The notes under the pieces: model-generated
The model's database searches: none
The model's input: the letters and a program-made list of their open reading frames with translations, nothing else
Told to the model about the DNA's origin: nothing
Made by a program: the position numbers and the translations under genes
Part shown: in pieces, positions 13,435 through 21,827 of the stretch
Layout of the letters: each line of letters starts with the position of its first letter
Position numbering within the stretch: the first letter of the stretch is position 1
Assembly: GCA_934778125.1 (NCBI GenBank)
Contig: CAKVOF010000002.1
Coordinates: 1 to 60,703, forward strand
DNA from: an uncultured Clostridia bacterium
Lineage (GTDB): Bacteria > Bacillota > Clostridia > Christensenellales > UBA1242
Direction: 5' to 3'
Length of the DNA stretch: 60,703 nucleotides

Positions 13435-14709
13435 TTACACAACTTTAACAATATCATATAAATCATTTAAAACCAGCCAATTTTGCGGATAATATTGGTT
13501 AATTGTCCAATAGCTAACTCCTGCCAAATTATATTCATCAACTAATTTTAACCTTGCAAAATAACTTCTTGCATCATCAAACCACACTATATGTTTTACA
13601 TTTTGTGAATAATAAGTGAAAAATGGTGATTGATCTTTTTCATTATACTCTATATTTGCACCAACTTTTCGCGCTAATTTCACTGCACCAGTGTTTGATA
13701 ATGTTTTTGCTGGCGTTCCTTGTTTATACGGCAAAGTCCAATCATATCCATAGTTACTCATTCCCATAAGTATCTTTTCACTTGGAATTACTTTAACTGC
13801 ATAATTTAGCACATTTCTTATTGGATTTATTGGCGAAACTGCTTGTGGCTCTCCATATAAGTAACCCCATTCATATGTCATCAAAACTATCCTATCAACA
13901 TACCTGCCGTGAAACGCATAATCGTGTGCTTGGTATAACAAGCCTGTTTGGCGTTCGGATTCCTTTGGTGCTAATGCCGTGAAGAGCTTTAGATTATTTA
14001 ATGCTAACTGCTCAGATAACTCTTGAACAAATGTGTTGTATGCTTCCCTATCTTCAGGATAAATATATTCGAAGTCAACATTTAAGCCATAATATCCCTT
14101 ATTTTTCATTGTAGTTATAAGATTTTGAATTAGACTAGTTCTGATTTCTTGGTTATTCAATATCGCCCTAGTTATGTTGCTATCAAATCCTCTATCTCCG
14201 ATATTTGTTATCACCATAAGTGGTGCAACGTTAAATTTTTTTGCTTCATTAATAATTTCTTCATCATCAATAGGATCAAATGTGCCATCATTTTTGATTT
14301 GGTAAGAAAAAATACTTATATATGTTAAATTTGGTAAAGTTTTTATAAGCACATCGTAGTCAATGCCCGGTAGAGCATAGCCATTCACTTCTATACTTCT
14401 TAGTTTGCCGTTTGTGTCTTCTATAGTTAACTTATCACCAATTCGTATTTGAGCAGGATTAGTTATTTGCGGGTTTGATTTTACTAACGACTCAAGCGGA
14501 ACTTTTAATCTTTGAGCAATTGAGTATAAAGTGTCTCCACTTTTAACTATGTATTCCATTGTGTTTGTGGGTATAACTAATGTTTGCCCTATAACTAATG
14601 TGTCGTTAGGATCAATTTCATTAATCTTAGTTATTTCTTCAATTGAAACTCCATAAGTTGATGCTAGTTTATATAATGTGTCACCATCATTTACAGTATG
14701 TATTATCAT
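13435..14709 (-). CDS. LysM-LysM-glycoside hydrolase family 18 protein (YaaH/SleL-like peptidoglycan or cortex hydrolase)
   Basis: Two LysM units (DGDTLYKLASTYGVSIEEITKINEI..., SGDTLYSIAQRLKVPLESLVKSNP...) and a GH18 core with GLNVDFEYI (the D-x-E catalytic block). Confidence 0.75.
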   Translation of the reverse strand: MIIHTVNDGDTLYKLASTYGVSIEEITKINEIDPNDTLVIGQTLVIPTNTMEYIVKSGDTLYSIAQRLKVPLESLVKSNPQITNPAQIRIGDKLTIEDTNGKLRSIEVNGYALPGIDYDVLIKTLPNLTYISIFSYQIKNDGTFDPIDDEEIINEAKKFNVAPLMVITNIGDRGFDSNITRAILNNQEIRTSLIQNLITTMKNKGYYGLNVDFEYIYPEDREAYNTFVQELSEQLALNNLKLFTALAPKESERQTGLLYQAHDYAFHGRYVDRIVLMTYEWGYLYGEPQAVSPINPIRNVLNYAVKVIPSEKILMGMSNYGYDWTLPYKQGTPAKTLSNTGAVKLARKVGANIEYNEKDQSPFFTYYSQNVKHIVWFDDARSYFARLKLVDEYNLAGVSYWTINQYYPQNWLVLNDLYDIVKVV

Positions 14710-14894
14710 AAATCACCTCAATATTCATTTCCATATTATATATGAAACTAACTATGGTATTGTTAAAAATTATCAACCATATTTAAAAATTAAATAAAAT
14801 AAGCTAAATCAACTTACTTTATGATGAATTTTAAATTGATAATAAAAAAACAAAATCTAATATTCTCTTAACATAATTAAACATTGATGATATA

Positions 14895-15902
14895 ATGAAA
14901 TATATGGAAACTAAAATATGCAAATTAACAAATAAATTTAATAAATACTGTGTCTCGTTAATTAAAAATGGCGAATTAGTTGCATTCCCAACTGAAACCG
15001 TTTATGGGCTTGGGGCAAACGCTATGAATGGCGATGTTGTAAAAAAAATCTACGAGGTTAAAGGAAGACCACAAGACAACCCACTAATAGTCCACATCGC
15101 AAACAAAAAAGATATAGAAAAATATGCATTAGTTAAAAACGATATCGAACGAAAAATTATAAGAAAATGTATGCCTGGGCCTATAAGTTTAATCTTAGAG
15201 AAAAAGGATACTATTTCCGATGTTACGACTTGTGGATTGAAATCCGTTGCGATAAGATTTCCCAGCAACAAAGTTGCTCAGAAGTTTATAAAAGCTACTA
15301 ATTTGCCAATATGTGCACCTAGTGCAAACACATCTAAAAGACCAAGTCCAACAAGAGCTAAAGATGTTTTTGCGGATATGAATGGAAAAATTCCCGCGAT
15401 TATTGATGGTGGTCAATGTACAATTGGCGTTGAAAGCACTGTTTGCAAAGTTGATAGTGGAATTATATATATTTTAAGACCGGGAAAATATAGTGCTAAA
15501 AAGCTTCAAAAAATGATTAAAGTTCCCGTTGTTGATAAACTTCAAAACACTAGCATTGTGGAAAGCCCTGGCACTAAGTACACCCACTACGCCCCTAAAT
15601 GCGAGATGTTGTTAGTTAAAAATAATATTATTAAAAATATCAATCTTCTTTACACAACATTAGTTGATCAAGGTAAAAAACCGATTATTCTATGCTCAAA
15701 AGATAATTTAAAAAACTTTAAAAATTTTAATAGAGTTTCGATTGGCAAAAATTCTGATGAAGCTTGTAAAAAGATTTTTAAAACTTTAAGAGATGTTGAG
15801 AATAACTACGATGTTATTATTGCAGAATTTATTCAAAGTGGGAATATGGCAGATGCTTTGTTCAATAGAATGATTAAATCTGCTAGTGGTAAAATTGTTT
15901 AA
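14895..15902 (+). CDS. tsaC: L-threonylcarbamoyladenylate synthase (Sua5/YwlC/TsaC type with C-terminal Sua5 domain)
   Basis: FPTETVYGLGANA, KGRPQDNPLIVH and SANTSKRPSPT motifs. 335 aa. The start could be the ATG at 14904. Confidence 0.8.
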   Translation: MKYMETKICKLTNKFNKYCVSLIKNGELVAFPTETVYGLGANAMNGDVVKKIYEVKGRPQDNPLIVHIANKKDIEKYALVKNDIERKIIRKCMPGPISLILEKKDTISDVTTCGLKSVAIRFPSNKVAQKFIKATNLPICAPSANTSKRPSPTRAKDVFADMNGKIPAIIDGGQCTIGVESTVCKVDSGIIYILRPGKYSAKKLQKMIKVPVVDKLQNTSIVESPGTKYTHYAPKCEMLLVKNNIIKNINLLYTTLVDQGKKPIILCSKDNLKNFKNFNRVSIGKNSDEACKKIFKTLRDVENNYDVIIAEFIQSGNMADALFNRMIKSASGKIV

Positions 15903-15952
15903 AAAAACTTGCACAAAACACACTTAATTTAGTATATTTTGTGCAAGTTTTT

Positions 15953-17056
15953 TTAGCAATTTATTTTTAAAGTTTTAACCTTTTCCCAAGAAAACTCATT
16001 CCTTCCAAAATGACCAAAACAAGCCGTTTTCTTATAAATAGGCTTATTTAAATCTAGTTCTTTTATAATATTTGAAACTGAGAAATCAAAATTATCATCA
16101 ACAATTTTTTGTATTTGTTCTAGTTCAACTTTATTTGTTCCAAAAGTATCAATTGTCATATTGATTGGCCTTGGTTCACCTATTGCATAACTAACTTGAA
16201 TTTCACACCTATCTGCCAATTCATTTGCAACAATATTTTTAGCCACGTATCTACTATAATAGGCCGCACTTCTATCAACTTTTGTTGCATTTTTACTACT
16301 AAAGCATCCACCTCCAACATGACCAAATCCACCATATGTGTCAACAACTATTTTTCTTCCAACACATCCGCTATCACCAAAACTACCCCATATGGTAAAT
16401 TTTCCGCTTGGATTAATTATTGCTTTGTAATTATTTGTTTTTGGATACCTGCAACTTTCTAAAACTGGATTAATTACATTATTTAGTATATCAACTTCAA
16501 TTTCCTCATGCGTTAAATTCTCATTATGAGAAACAGATACAAGAATTGTGTTTACTGAAACAGGTCTTTCGTTTTCATATTCAACAGTTACCTGTGACTT
16601 AGCATCTGCAAAATATTTATCTGAATTTACCCTTCTAAATTCATCATACTTTTTCATAAGTTTATGAGCCATTATAACTGGTAAAGGCATAAATTCTGGC
16701 GTTTCATTAGTTGCATAACCAAACATCATTCCTTGATCATTTGCATTTAATTCTGAACGCACAACTGCTTGATTGATATCTGGTGATTGCTTAGAAATTA
16801 TCTTAACAAAACTAAAATCATTTTTATAACCGATATCTTTTAGTGTTTCCTCGGCTATTTTCTCATAATTAATATCCGCTTTTGTTGTTGCTTCCCCATA
16901 TATCATTAAAACATCATTTTTAATAGCACACTCCACTGCCATTTGCGAATTTTCATCTTGCCTTAATGCTTCATCTAGAAATGAATCTGCGATAACATCG
17001 CAAGTTTTATCTGGGTGACCAATGTTAACACTTTCGCTCGTGTGTAAAACTTTCAT
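15953..17056 (-). CDS. metK: S-adenosylmethionine synthetase
   Basis: N-terminus TSESVNIGHPDKTCDVIADSFLDE, plus GDSGCVGRK, DTYGG and GGCFSSK blocks. Confidence 0.9.
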   Translation of the reverse strand: MKVLHTSESVNIGHPDKTCDVIADSFLDEALRQDENSQMAVECAIKNDVLMIYGEATTKADINYEKIAEETLKDIGYKNDFSFVKIISKQSPDINQAVVRSELNANDQGMMFGYATNETPEFMPLPVIMAHKLMKKYDEFRRVNSDKYFADAKSQVTVEYENERPVSVNTILVSVSHNENLTHEEIEVDILNNVINPVLESCRYPKTNNYKAIINPSGKFTIWGSFGDSGCVGRKIVVDTYGGFGHVGGGCFSSKNATKVDRSAAYYSRYVAKNIVANELADRCEIQVSYAIGEPRPINMTIDTFGTNKVELEQIQKIVDDNFDFSVSNIIKELDLNKPIYKKTACFGHFGRNEFSWEKVKTLKINC

Positions 17057-17065
17057 ATATTTCTC

Positions 17066-17503
17066 CTAAAACTTGTTTAACATAATTATTGTAACAGTGG
17101 CTATCCCAGCAATTGCAACGAAGAATAACGCCATAGCTACCCAGCCAATAGCCTTTTTATTTAATCTCAATTGATAAATCCAACATGTTAGAGATGCTAT
17201 TATTAAGTAGGATCCGCCCCAAATAGTTAGAACAATTAAAAATACTAACAATATTATTAAACCAATAACAACCATTATAGCATCTTGATTTAAAACTGAA
17301 ATTATCCAAACCACACCGGCAACACCAGCACATATAACCGCAAGCATTGCAATAGTAAACCAGATTGAACGAACGCCAAACATCTTACTTTTTGGCTTTA
17401 ATTCAGGATCGCCCTTAACTTGCTCAAAAGTTGATCTTGCTTTAACCTTAAAATCTAATATTGCAAAAATTAATTTTAAAAATGAAAATGAATTATCTGC
17501 CAT
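17066..17503 (-). CDS. hypothetical multi-pass membrane protein
   Basis: 145 aa with 3-4 hydrophobic helices. Lies 9 nt upstream of metK in the same orientation. Confidence 0.6.
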   Translation of the reverse strand: MADNSFSFLKLIFAILDFKVKARSTFEQVKGDPELKPKSKMFGVRSIWFTIAMLAVICAGVAGVVWIISVLNQDAIMVVIGLIILLVFLIVLTIWGGSYLIIASLTCWIYQLRLNKKAIGWVAMALFFVAIAGIATVTIIMLNKF

Positions 17504-17514
17504 AAACCTTCTCC

Positions 17515-18495
17515 TTAATATAATTTACCTGATTTCCAAATTTGAGTTCTATTGTATGATTTTATGAATGCGCGTTTTCTTTGCCTAGAATTAATAATTT
17601 TTATTGCCTCTTTAAATTCTGCTTTTTCCTCTTCACTTAACTCGTTAAATTTTTTTCTGGAAATAATTAATTGAGTAATATATAAAATTGCTGATATGAA
17701 ATATCCAACAGAAATTGAAATAAATGCAATAAGAAATAAGCCATTTATTTTCAATATTGGAATAATTATAAGAGCCAACACTAAATATAAAATAGCTGAA
17801 ATTATTATTCTATAAACTATTGTTCTATTAAAATAACTTAGTGCAATTTCTTTGTCATCTCGCTTAATAGATTTAAATAATCTTGTTGTAAGAATAATTG
17901 AATCAATTAGCGCATACAAAAATAACAACAACAAAACAACAATTACACAAAACAGAAAGACAACACCTACAGAACCCATTAAACTGGAAAACCCAAAAGA
18001 TTTTATCATAGTTTCTTTCTCTGCCGTTATGTTTGACAAATCGCCAAGTGTGCCACATAGAGGAATAACACAAACAATAGTATAATAACAGCAAAAGAAT
18101 GCAATCACGCTTAAAACCAATGCTGAAATGATTGCCGAAATTAACAATATAGGCTTTAATTTATCGTGTTTAGGTGGATTTTTTAGGTTTGCAAGAAGCT
18201 TTTCTTCTTCTTTTTTTAATTCTTTAGAACTTAGTTTATAAACCGAATTTTTATCTATCAACGAACTGTTTGTTGAGGCTAGTTCTTCATGAGTGTTAGT
18301 TTTAAATGAACTTTGCATATTTTTCGAACTATTTTCATCATTTTTTTCAATTTCATTATTTTTGCTATTAATTTGATTTAAAGAGCTTTCATCTTGAGAA
18401 TTAGTACTATTTGGCTCAGTTTCGCCATTTTTTTTATCAGCAAAAGCTTCGCTCAATTTAGAAAAATCAACCTTTTCCTGCTCGTTATTTTTCAT
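17515..18495 (-). CDS. hypothetical membrane protein with N/S/E/K-rich N-terminal low-complexity region
   Basis: 326 aa. About 110 aa of polar low complexity, then several TM helices. Overlaps the galE stop by 11 nt. Confidence 0.6.
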   Translation of the reverse strand: MKNNEQEKVDFSKLSEAFADKKNGETEPNSTNSQDESSLNQINSKNNEIEKNDENSSKNMQSSFKTNTHEELASTNSSLIDKNSVYKLSSKELKKEEEKLLANLKNPPKHDKLKPILLISAIISALVLSVIAFFCCYYTIVCVIPLCGTLGDLSNITAEKETMIKSFGFSSLMGSVGVVFLFCVIVVLLLLFLYALIDSIILTTRLFKSIKRDDKEIALSYFNRTIVYRIIISAILYLVLALIIIPILKINGLFLIAFISISVGYFISAILYITQLIISRKKFNELSEEEKAEFKEAIKIINSRQRKRAFIKSYNRTQIWKSGKLY

Positions 18496-19510
18496 TATTC
18501 TCTCCTAAATTTTTGAATATAAAATTATAGGCATCTTTGCACATATCTTCAATAGTTAACTCCGACTTCCAGCCTAATTCTTTTTCGGCTTTGTTTGGAT
18601 CTGTGAAAATTGCCTCACTATCTCCTTCCCTTCTTTCCACAATTTCATATTTAATATTTGTGTTATTAACTTTATTGAAAATATTTACTAATTCTAAAAC
18701 ACTAGTTCCTCTTCCAGTTCCAAGATTATAAATGTTTAACCCACCATTTTCAAACAATCTATTTAGTGCACACAAGTGCCCTTTTGCTAAATCAACCACA
18801 TGAATATAATCTCTAACACCTGTGCCATCTTTTGTTTTATAATCATTACCATAAATGCTTAAGTGGTCAAACTCTCCCGTTGCAACTTTTAAAATGTATG
18901 GCATTAGGTTGTTTGGAATATTATTAGGATTTTCTCCAATTAACCCCGATTTATGTGCACCAATTGGATTGAAATATCGTAGTATAGTTGCATTGAATTT
19001 AGGGTTAGATTTATGAACATCTTCAATAATATTCTCTATCATTAATTTTGTTCGACCATATGGGTTGATAACCTGATTTGGTGCATCTTCTTTTATTGGG
19101 ACTATTTTACAATCACCATACACGCAAGCGCTTGAACTAAACACTAGATTATTTACATTATGAGCAATCATACATTTTAGTAAATTAATTGTTCCGCTAA
19201 CATTATTTTCATAATATTTTAATGGTTCTCTAACACTCTCACCAACAGCTTTTAAACCAGCCAAGTGAATAACGGCATCAATTTTATTATCATCAAAATA
19301 ACCGAATAATTTATTGTAATCAGTTATATCAACAATATCAAAGTTTGGTTTAACACCAGTTATTTCCTTTATTTTATCAACCACTTCAATTTTACTATTT
19401 ACTAAATTATCAATAATAAAAACATTATAATTTTTTTCTATAAGTTCAACAGCAATATGTGAGCCAATAAAACCTGTTCCACCTGTTAATAATATATTTT
19501 TCATTTTCAC
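18485..19510 (-). CDS. galE: UDP-glucose 4-epimerase
   Basis: Rossmann motif TGGTGFIGSH, SSSACVYG and the YGRTK catalytic motif. 341 aa. Confidence 0.85.
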   Translation of the reverse strand: MKMKNILLTGGTGFIGSHIAVELIEKNYNVFIIDNLVNSKIEVVDKIKEITGVKPNFDIVDITDYNKLFGYFDDNKIDAVIHLAGLKAVGESVREPLKYYENNVSGTINLLKCMIAHNVNNLVFSSSACVYGDCKIVPIKEDAPNQVINPYGRTKLMIENIIEDVHKSNPKFNATILRYFNPIGAHKSGLIGENPNNIPNNLMPYILKVATGEFDHLSIYGNDYKTKDGTGVRDYIHVVDLAKGHLCALNRLFENGGLNIYNLGTGRGTSVLELVNIFNKVNNTNIKYEIVERREGDSEAIFTDPNKAEKELGWKSELTIEDMCKDAYNFIFKNLGENNEK

Positions 19511-19648
19511 TCCTTACGCTTTAATACACAAAGTATATCATAATAATAAAAATTTACAAAATAAAATATAACACAAATCTTGTTACATAAAAACACTTTG
19601 AGCTAAAAACTAGAAATGTTATCAAGTTTCATATAAATATTTTATTAC

Positions 19649-20482
19649 TTAATACCAAATTTTTAACAACATTTTAAATTTAAATAAAGAACACTGTCCA
19701 TTAATTTTTATTCTATTAATTTTCATAGGGTTGTTTTTTCTTGTTGATGGAATGTATGGTCCAGCAAAGGAAAATGCTAGTTTATAGTTAAAATCATTCG
19801 CTGTGTTTCTAACCAATTCATTTGATGCACCAAAAGGATATGCCATGTATTTCATATCATATTTTTCCATTTGCTTAAAATCATTAATAATTTGTTCTTT
19901 TGTCATTGAATAAACAACTGGCTTGTTATTATTACTCATATGATGCATATTAAAGGTATGACTTTGAATATCAAAATTAGGATATTCCGTTTTAATTAAA
20001 TTAATTTGTTTTTCACTTATATGTACTTGTTTTGTTTGACCTTCATTCCACACAGCATCTTTTTCAATTTCAGAAGCAATTACAAATAATGTTGCTTTTA
20101 AATTGTATTTTTTCAAAATTGGCAAAACTATATAATAATTTTCAATGTCTCCATCATCAATAGTTATAACACAAGTTTTTGATGTGTTATAATTAGTTTT
20201 GCCTGTGTACCAATCATAGTATTCATCTAAAGATAATGTTCTATAACCATTGTCCGCCAAAAAACTCATCTGTTTTTCAAACATCGTTTCTGAATGAACC
20301 CATTGATTATTTTTATAATATTGATTTTTTACATTGTCTTTGACCACTCTATGAAAAGTTAATACCACCATCATATCATCACCCTTTTTAGTAAAACAAC
20401 AAACAAATCTATATATAGCCAATGAAAAAAGAATAGAAACTGAAATTAAAAAAATTGCAACAACATAATTAATTTTTCTCAT
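19649..20482 (-). CDS. polysaccharide deacetylase (NodB-homology) with N-terminal TM anchor
   Basis: VITIDDGD (the TFDDG-type motif 1) and later His motifs (QSHTFNMH). N-terminal TM. Confidence 0.7.
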   Translation of the reverse strand: MRKINYVVAIFLISVSILFSLAIYRFVCCFTKKGDDMMVVLTFHRVVKDNVKNQYYKNNQWVHSETMFEKQMSFLADNGYRTLSLDEYYDWYTGKTNYNTSKTCVITIDDGDIENYYIVLPILKKYNLKATLFVIASEIEKDAVWNEGQTKQVHISEKQINLIKTEYPNFDIQSHTFNMHHMSNNNKPVVYSMTKEQIINDFKQMEKYDMKYMAYPFGASNELVRNTANDFNYKLAFSFAGPYIPSTRKNNPMKINRIKINGQCSLFKFKMLLKIWY

Positions 20483-20497
20483 AATGGTTTTACCTTT

Positions 20498-20529
20498 TAA
20501 AAAATAAAAAAGTGGCTAACACTAGCCAC
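20498..20529 (-). terminator. rho-independent terminator after the tRNA pair
   Basis: On the minus strand, stem GTGGCTA / TAGCCAC (20512-20518 / 20523-20529) with a 4-nt loop, followed by TTTTTTATTTTTT. Confidence 0.7.
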
Positions 20530-20532
20530 GTT

Positions 20533-20609
20533 TGGTAGGAATGAGTGGACTCGAACCACCGACCCCCACCTTATCAGGGTGGTGCTCTAACCTGCTGAGC
20601 TACATTCCT
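20533..20609 (-). tRNA. tRNA-Ile (anticodon GAU), CCA encoded
   Basis: Reverse complement is AGGAATGTAGCTCAGCAGGTTAGAGCACCACCCTGATAAGGTGGGGGTCGGTGGTTCGAGTCCACTCATTCCTACCA. It folds as a cloverleaf with anticodon loop CTGATAA. Confidence 0.9.
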
Positions 20610-20619
20610 ATATAAAATT

Positions 20620-20696
20620 TGGTGGAGATAATCGGATTCGAACCGATGACCCCCTGCTTGCAAGGCAGGTGCTCTAGCCAACTGAGCTATACCCCC
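20620..20696 (-). tRNA. tRNA-Ala (anticodon UGC), CCA encoded
   Basis: Reverse complement is GGGGGTATAGCTCAGTTGGCTAGAGCACCTGCCTTGCAAGCAGGGGGTCATCGGTTCGAATCCGATTATCTCCACCA. The G3:U70 pair is present and the anticodon loop is CTTGCAA. Confidence 0.9.
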
Positions 20697-20735
20697 ATAT
20701 ATATAAAATGTTTGTTTTCACAAACACGTGACTAT

Positions 20736-20764
20736 ATATTATCAAAGTTTAAAATTATTGTCAA
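20736..20764 (-). promoter_or_regulatory. sigma-70-type promoter for the tRNA pair
   Basis: Minus strand reads TTGACA (20759-20764), a 17-nt spacer, then TAATAT (20736-20741), about 40 nt upstream of tRNA-Ala. Confidence 0.65.
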
Positions 20765-20865
20765 TATTTTTTCAACATTTTTTTTGGAAAAAATATTTTT
20801 TTTATTATTTTTACTTATTGTCTTTTAACAATTCTTAAACAACTTTTAATATTACAATATATTTT

Positions 20866-20901
20866 AAATTCAAGGAGTAAAATATTTCACTCCTTGAATT
20901 T
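20866..20901 (-). terminator. hairpin terminator downstream of trxB
   Basis: 13-bp perfect stem AAATTCAAGGAGT (20866-20878) / ACTCCTTGAATTT (20889-20901), 7 nt after the trxB stop. Confidence 0.6.
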
Positions 20902-20907
20902 AATCTT

Positions 20908-21816
20908 TTAATTTTTAATTTTATCTACATACGAACATGCCATAATACTTGCAACAGTTCCATCTGACACAGCTGTTGTTAGTTGGCGACATTTTTTTGT
21001 TCTGCAATCACCAGCAACAAATACTTTTGGGTTGCTTGTAAGGCAAGATTCATCAGCTTTTATATAGCCAAAATCATCTAATTCTACCATATTTTTAACT
21101 ATTTCATTTTGCGGAACTTGACCAATTGAAACAAACAAACCATCAATATTTAACTGTGAAATATTATTCCCCGTTTTAATTTGAACAGCTTTTAGTTCAT
21201 CTTCACCAATTAATTTGGTAACAACAGAGTTTAATATTACCGAAACATTTTCCTTTGCACTAAGTTCATCAAGTAAACTTTTTTCAGCCGTTAAATAAGT
21301 TAAATTTTGAATTATTTTCACACTTTTACAAATGTTTGAAAGATACAATGCACTAATAATTGCACTATTACCTCCACCCACGACCGCAACATCTTTACCT
21401 TCAAAAAACTCACCATCACAAACAACGCAATAACCAACACCGTTGCCTATTAACGATTCTTCATTTTCTAATCCTAAATGACGGTGTTTTGCTCCTGTTG
21501 CCACTATTAGCGATAATCCTTCAAATGTGCCATTATCAGTTTCAACAACAACTCCCCCATTAGCATCACTAACCTTTTCCACGTTTGCAAATTCAAATTC
21601 TACATTTAATGCACTTGCCTGGTCATATAATTTTTCTCCAAAGTCAGCTCCCGAGATACTCTTAAAACCAGGAAAATTTTCAACTTTAGGTGATGATGTT
21701 ATCTGACCACCTAAAGTTGCTCCTTCAATTACTAAAACTTTTTTTCCAGCCCTTGCAGAATAAATACTTGCAGTTAAACCAGCTGGGCCTCCACCAATTA
21801 TAATTATGTCAAACAT
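20908..21816 (-). CDS. trxB: thioredoxin-disulfide reductase
   Basis: FAD motif IIIGGGPAGLTASIY, redox CxxC as CVVCDG, and NADPH motif VVGGGNSA. 302 aa. Confidence 0.85.
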   Translation of the reverse strand: MFDIIIIGGGPAGLTASIYSARAGKKVLVIEGATLGGQITSSPKVENFPGFKSISGADFGEKLYDQASALNVEFEFANVEKVSDANGGVVVETDNGTFEGLSLIVATGAKHRHLGLENEESLIGNGVGYCVVCDGEFFEGKDVAVVGGGNSAIISALYLSNICKSVKIIQNLTYLTAEKSLLDELSAKENVSVILNSVVTKLIGEDELKAVQIKTGNNISQLNIDGLFVSIGQVPQNEIVKNMVELDDFGYIKADESCLTSNPKVFVAGDCRTKKCRQLTTAVSDGTVASIMACSYVDKIKN

Positions 21817-21827
21817 TGAAATTTCCT

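Noticed and set aside
17057-17065. SAM riboswitch upstream of metK
   Set aside because: Only 9 nt separate metK from the upstream co-oriented gene, so there is no room for a leader.
20619-20828. 69-aa track ORF on the plus strand
   Set aside because: It is the antisense reading of tRNA-Ala plus promoter DNA, so it is spurious.
20697-20907. An rRNA operon next to the Ile/Ala tRNAs
   Set aside because: The flanks are AT-rich promoter and terminator DNA and then trxB. No 16S 3' end or 23S 5' end sequence is present.
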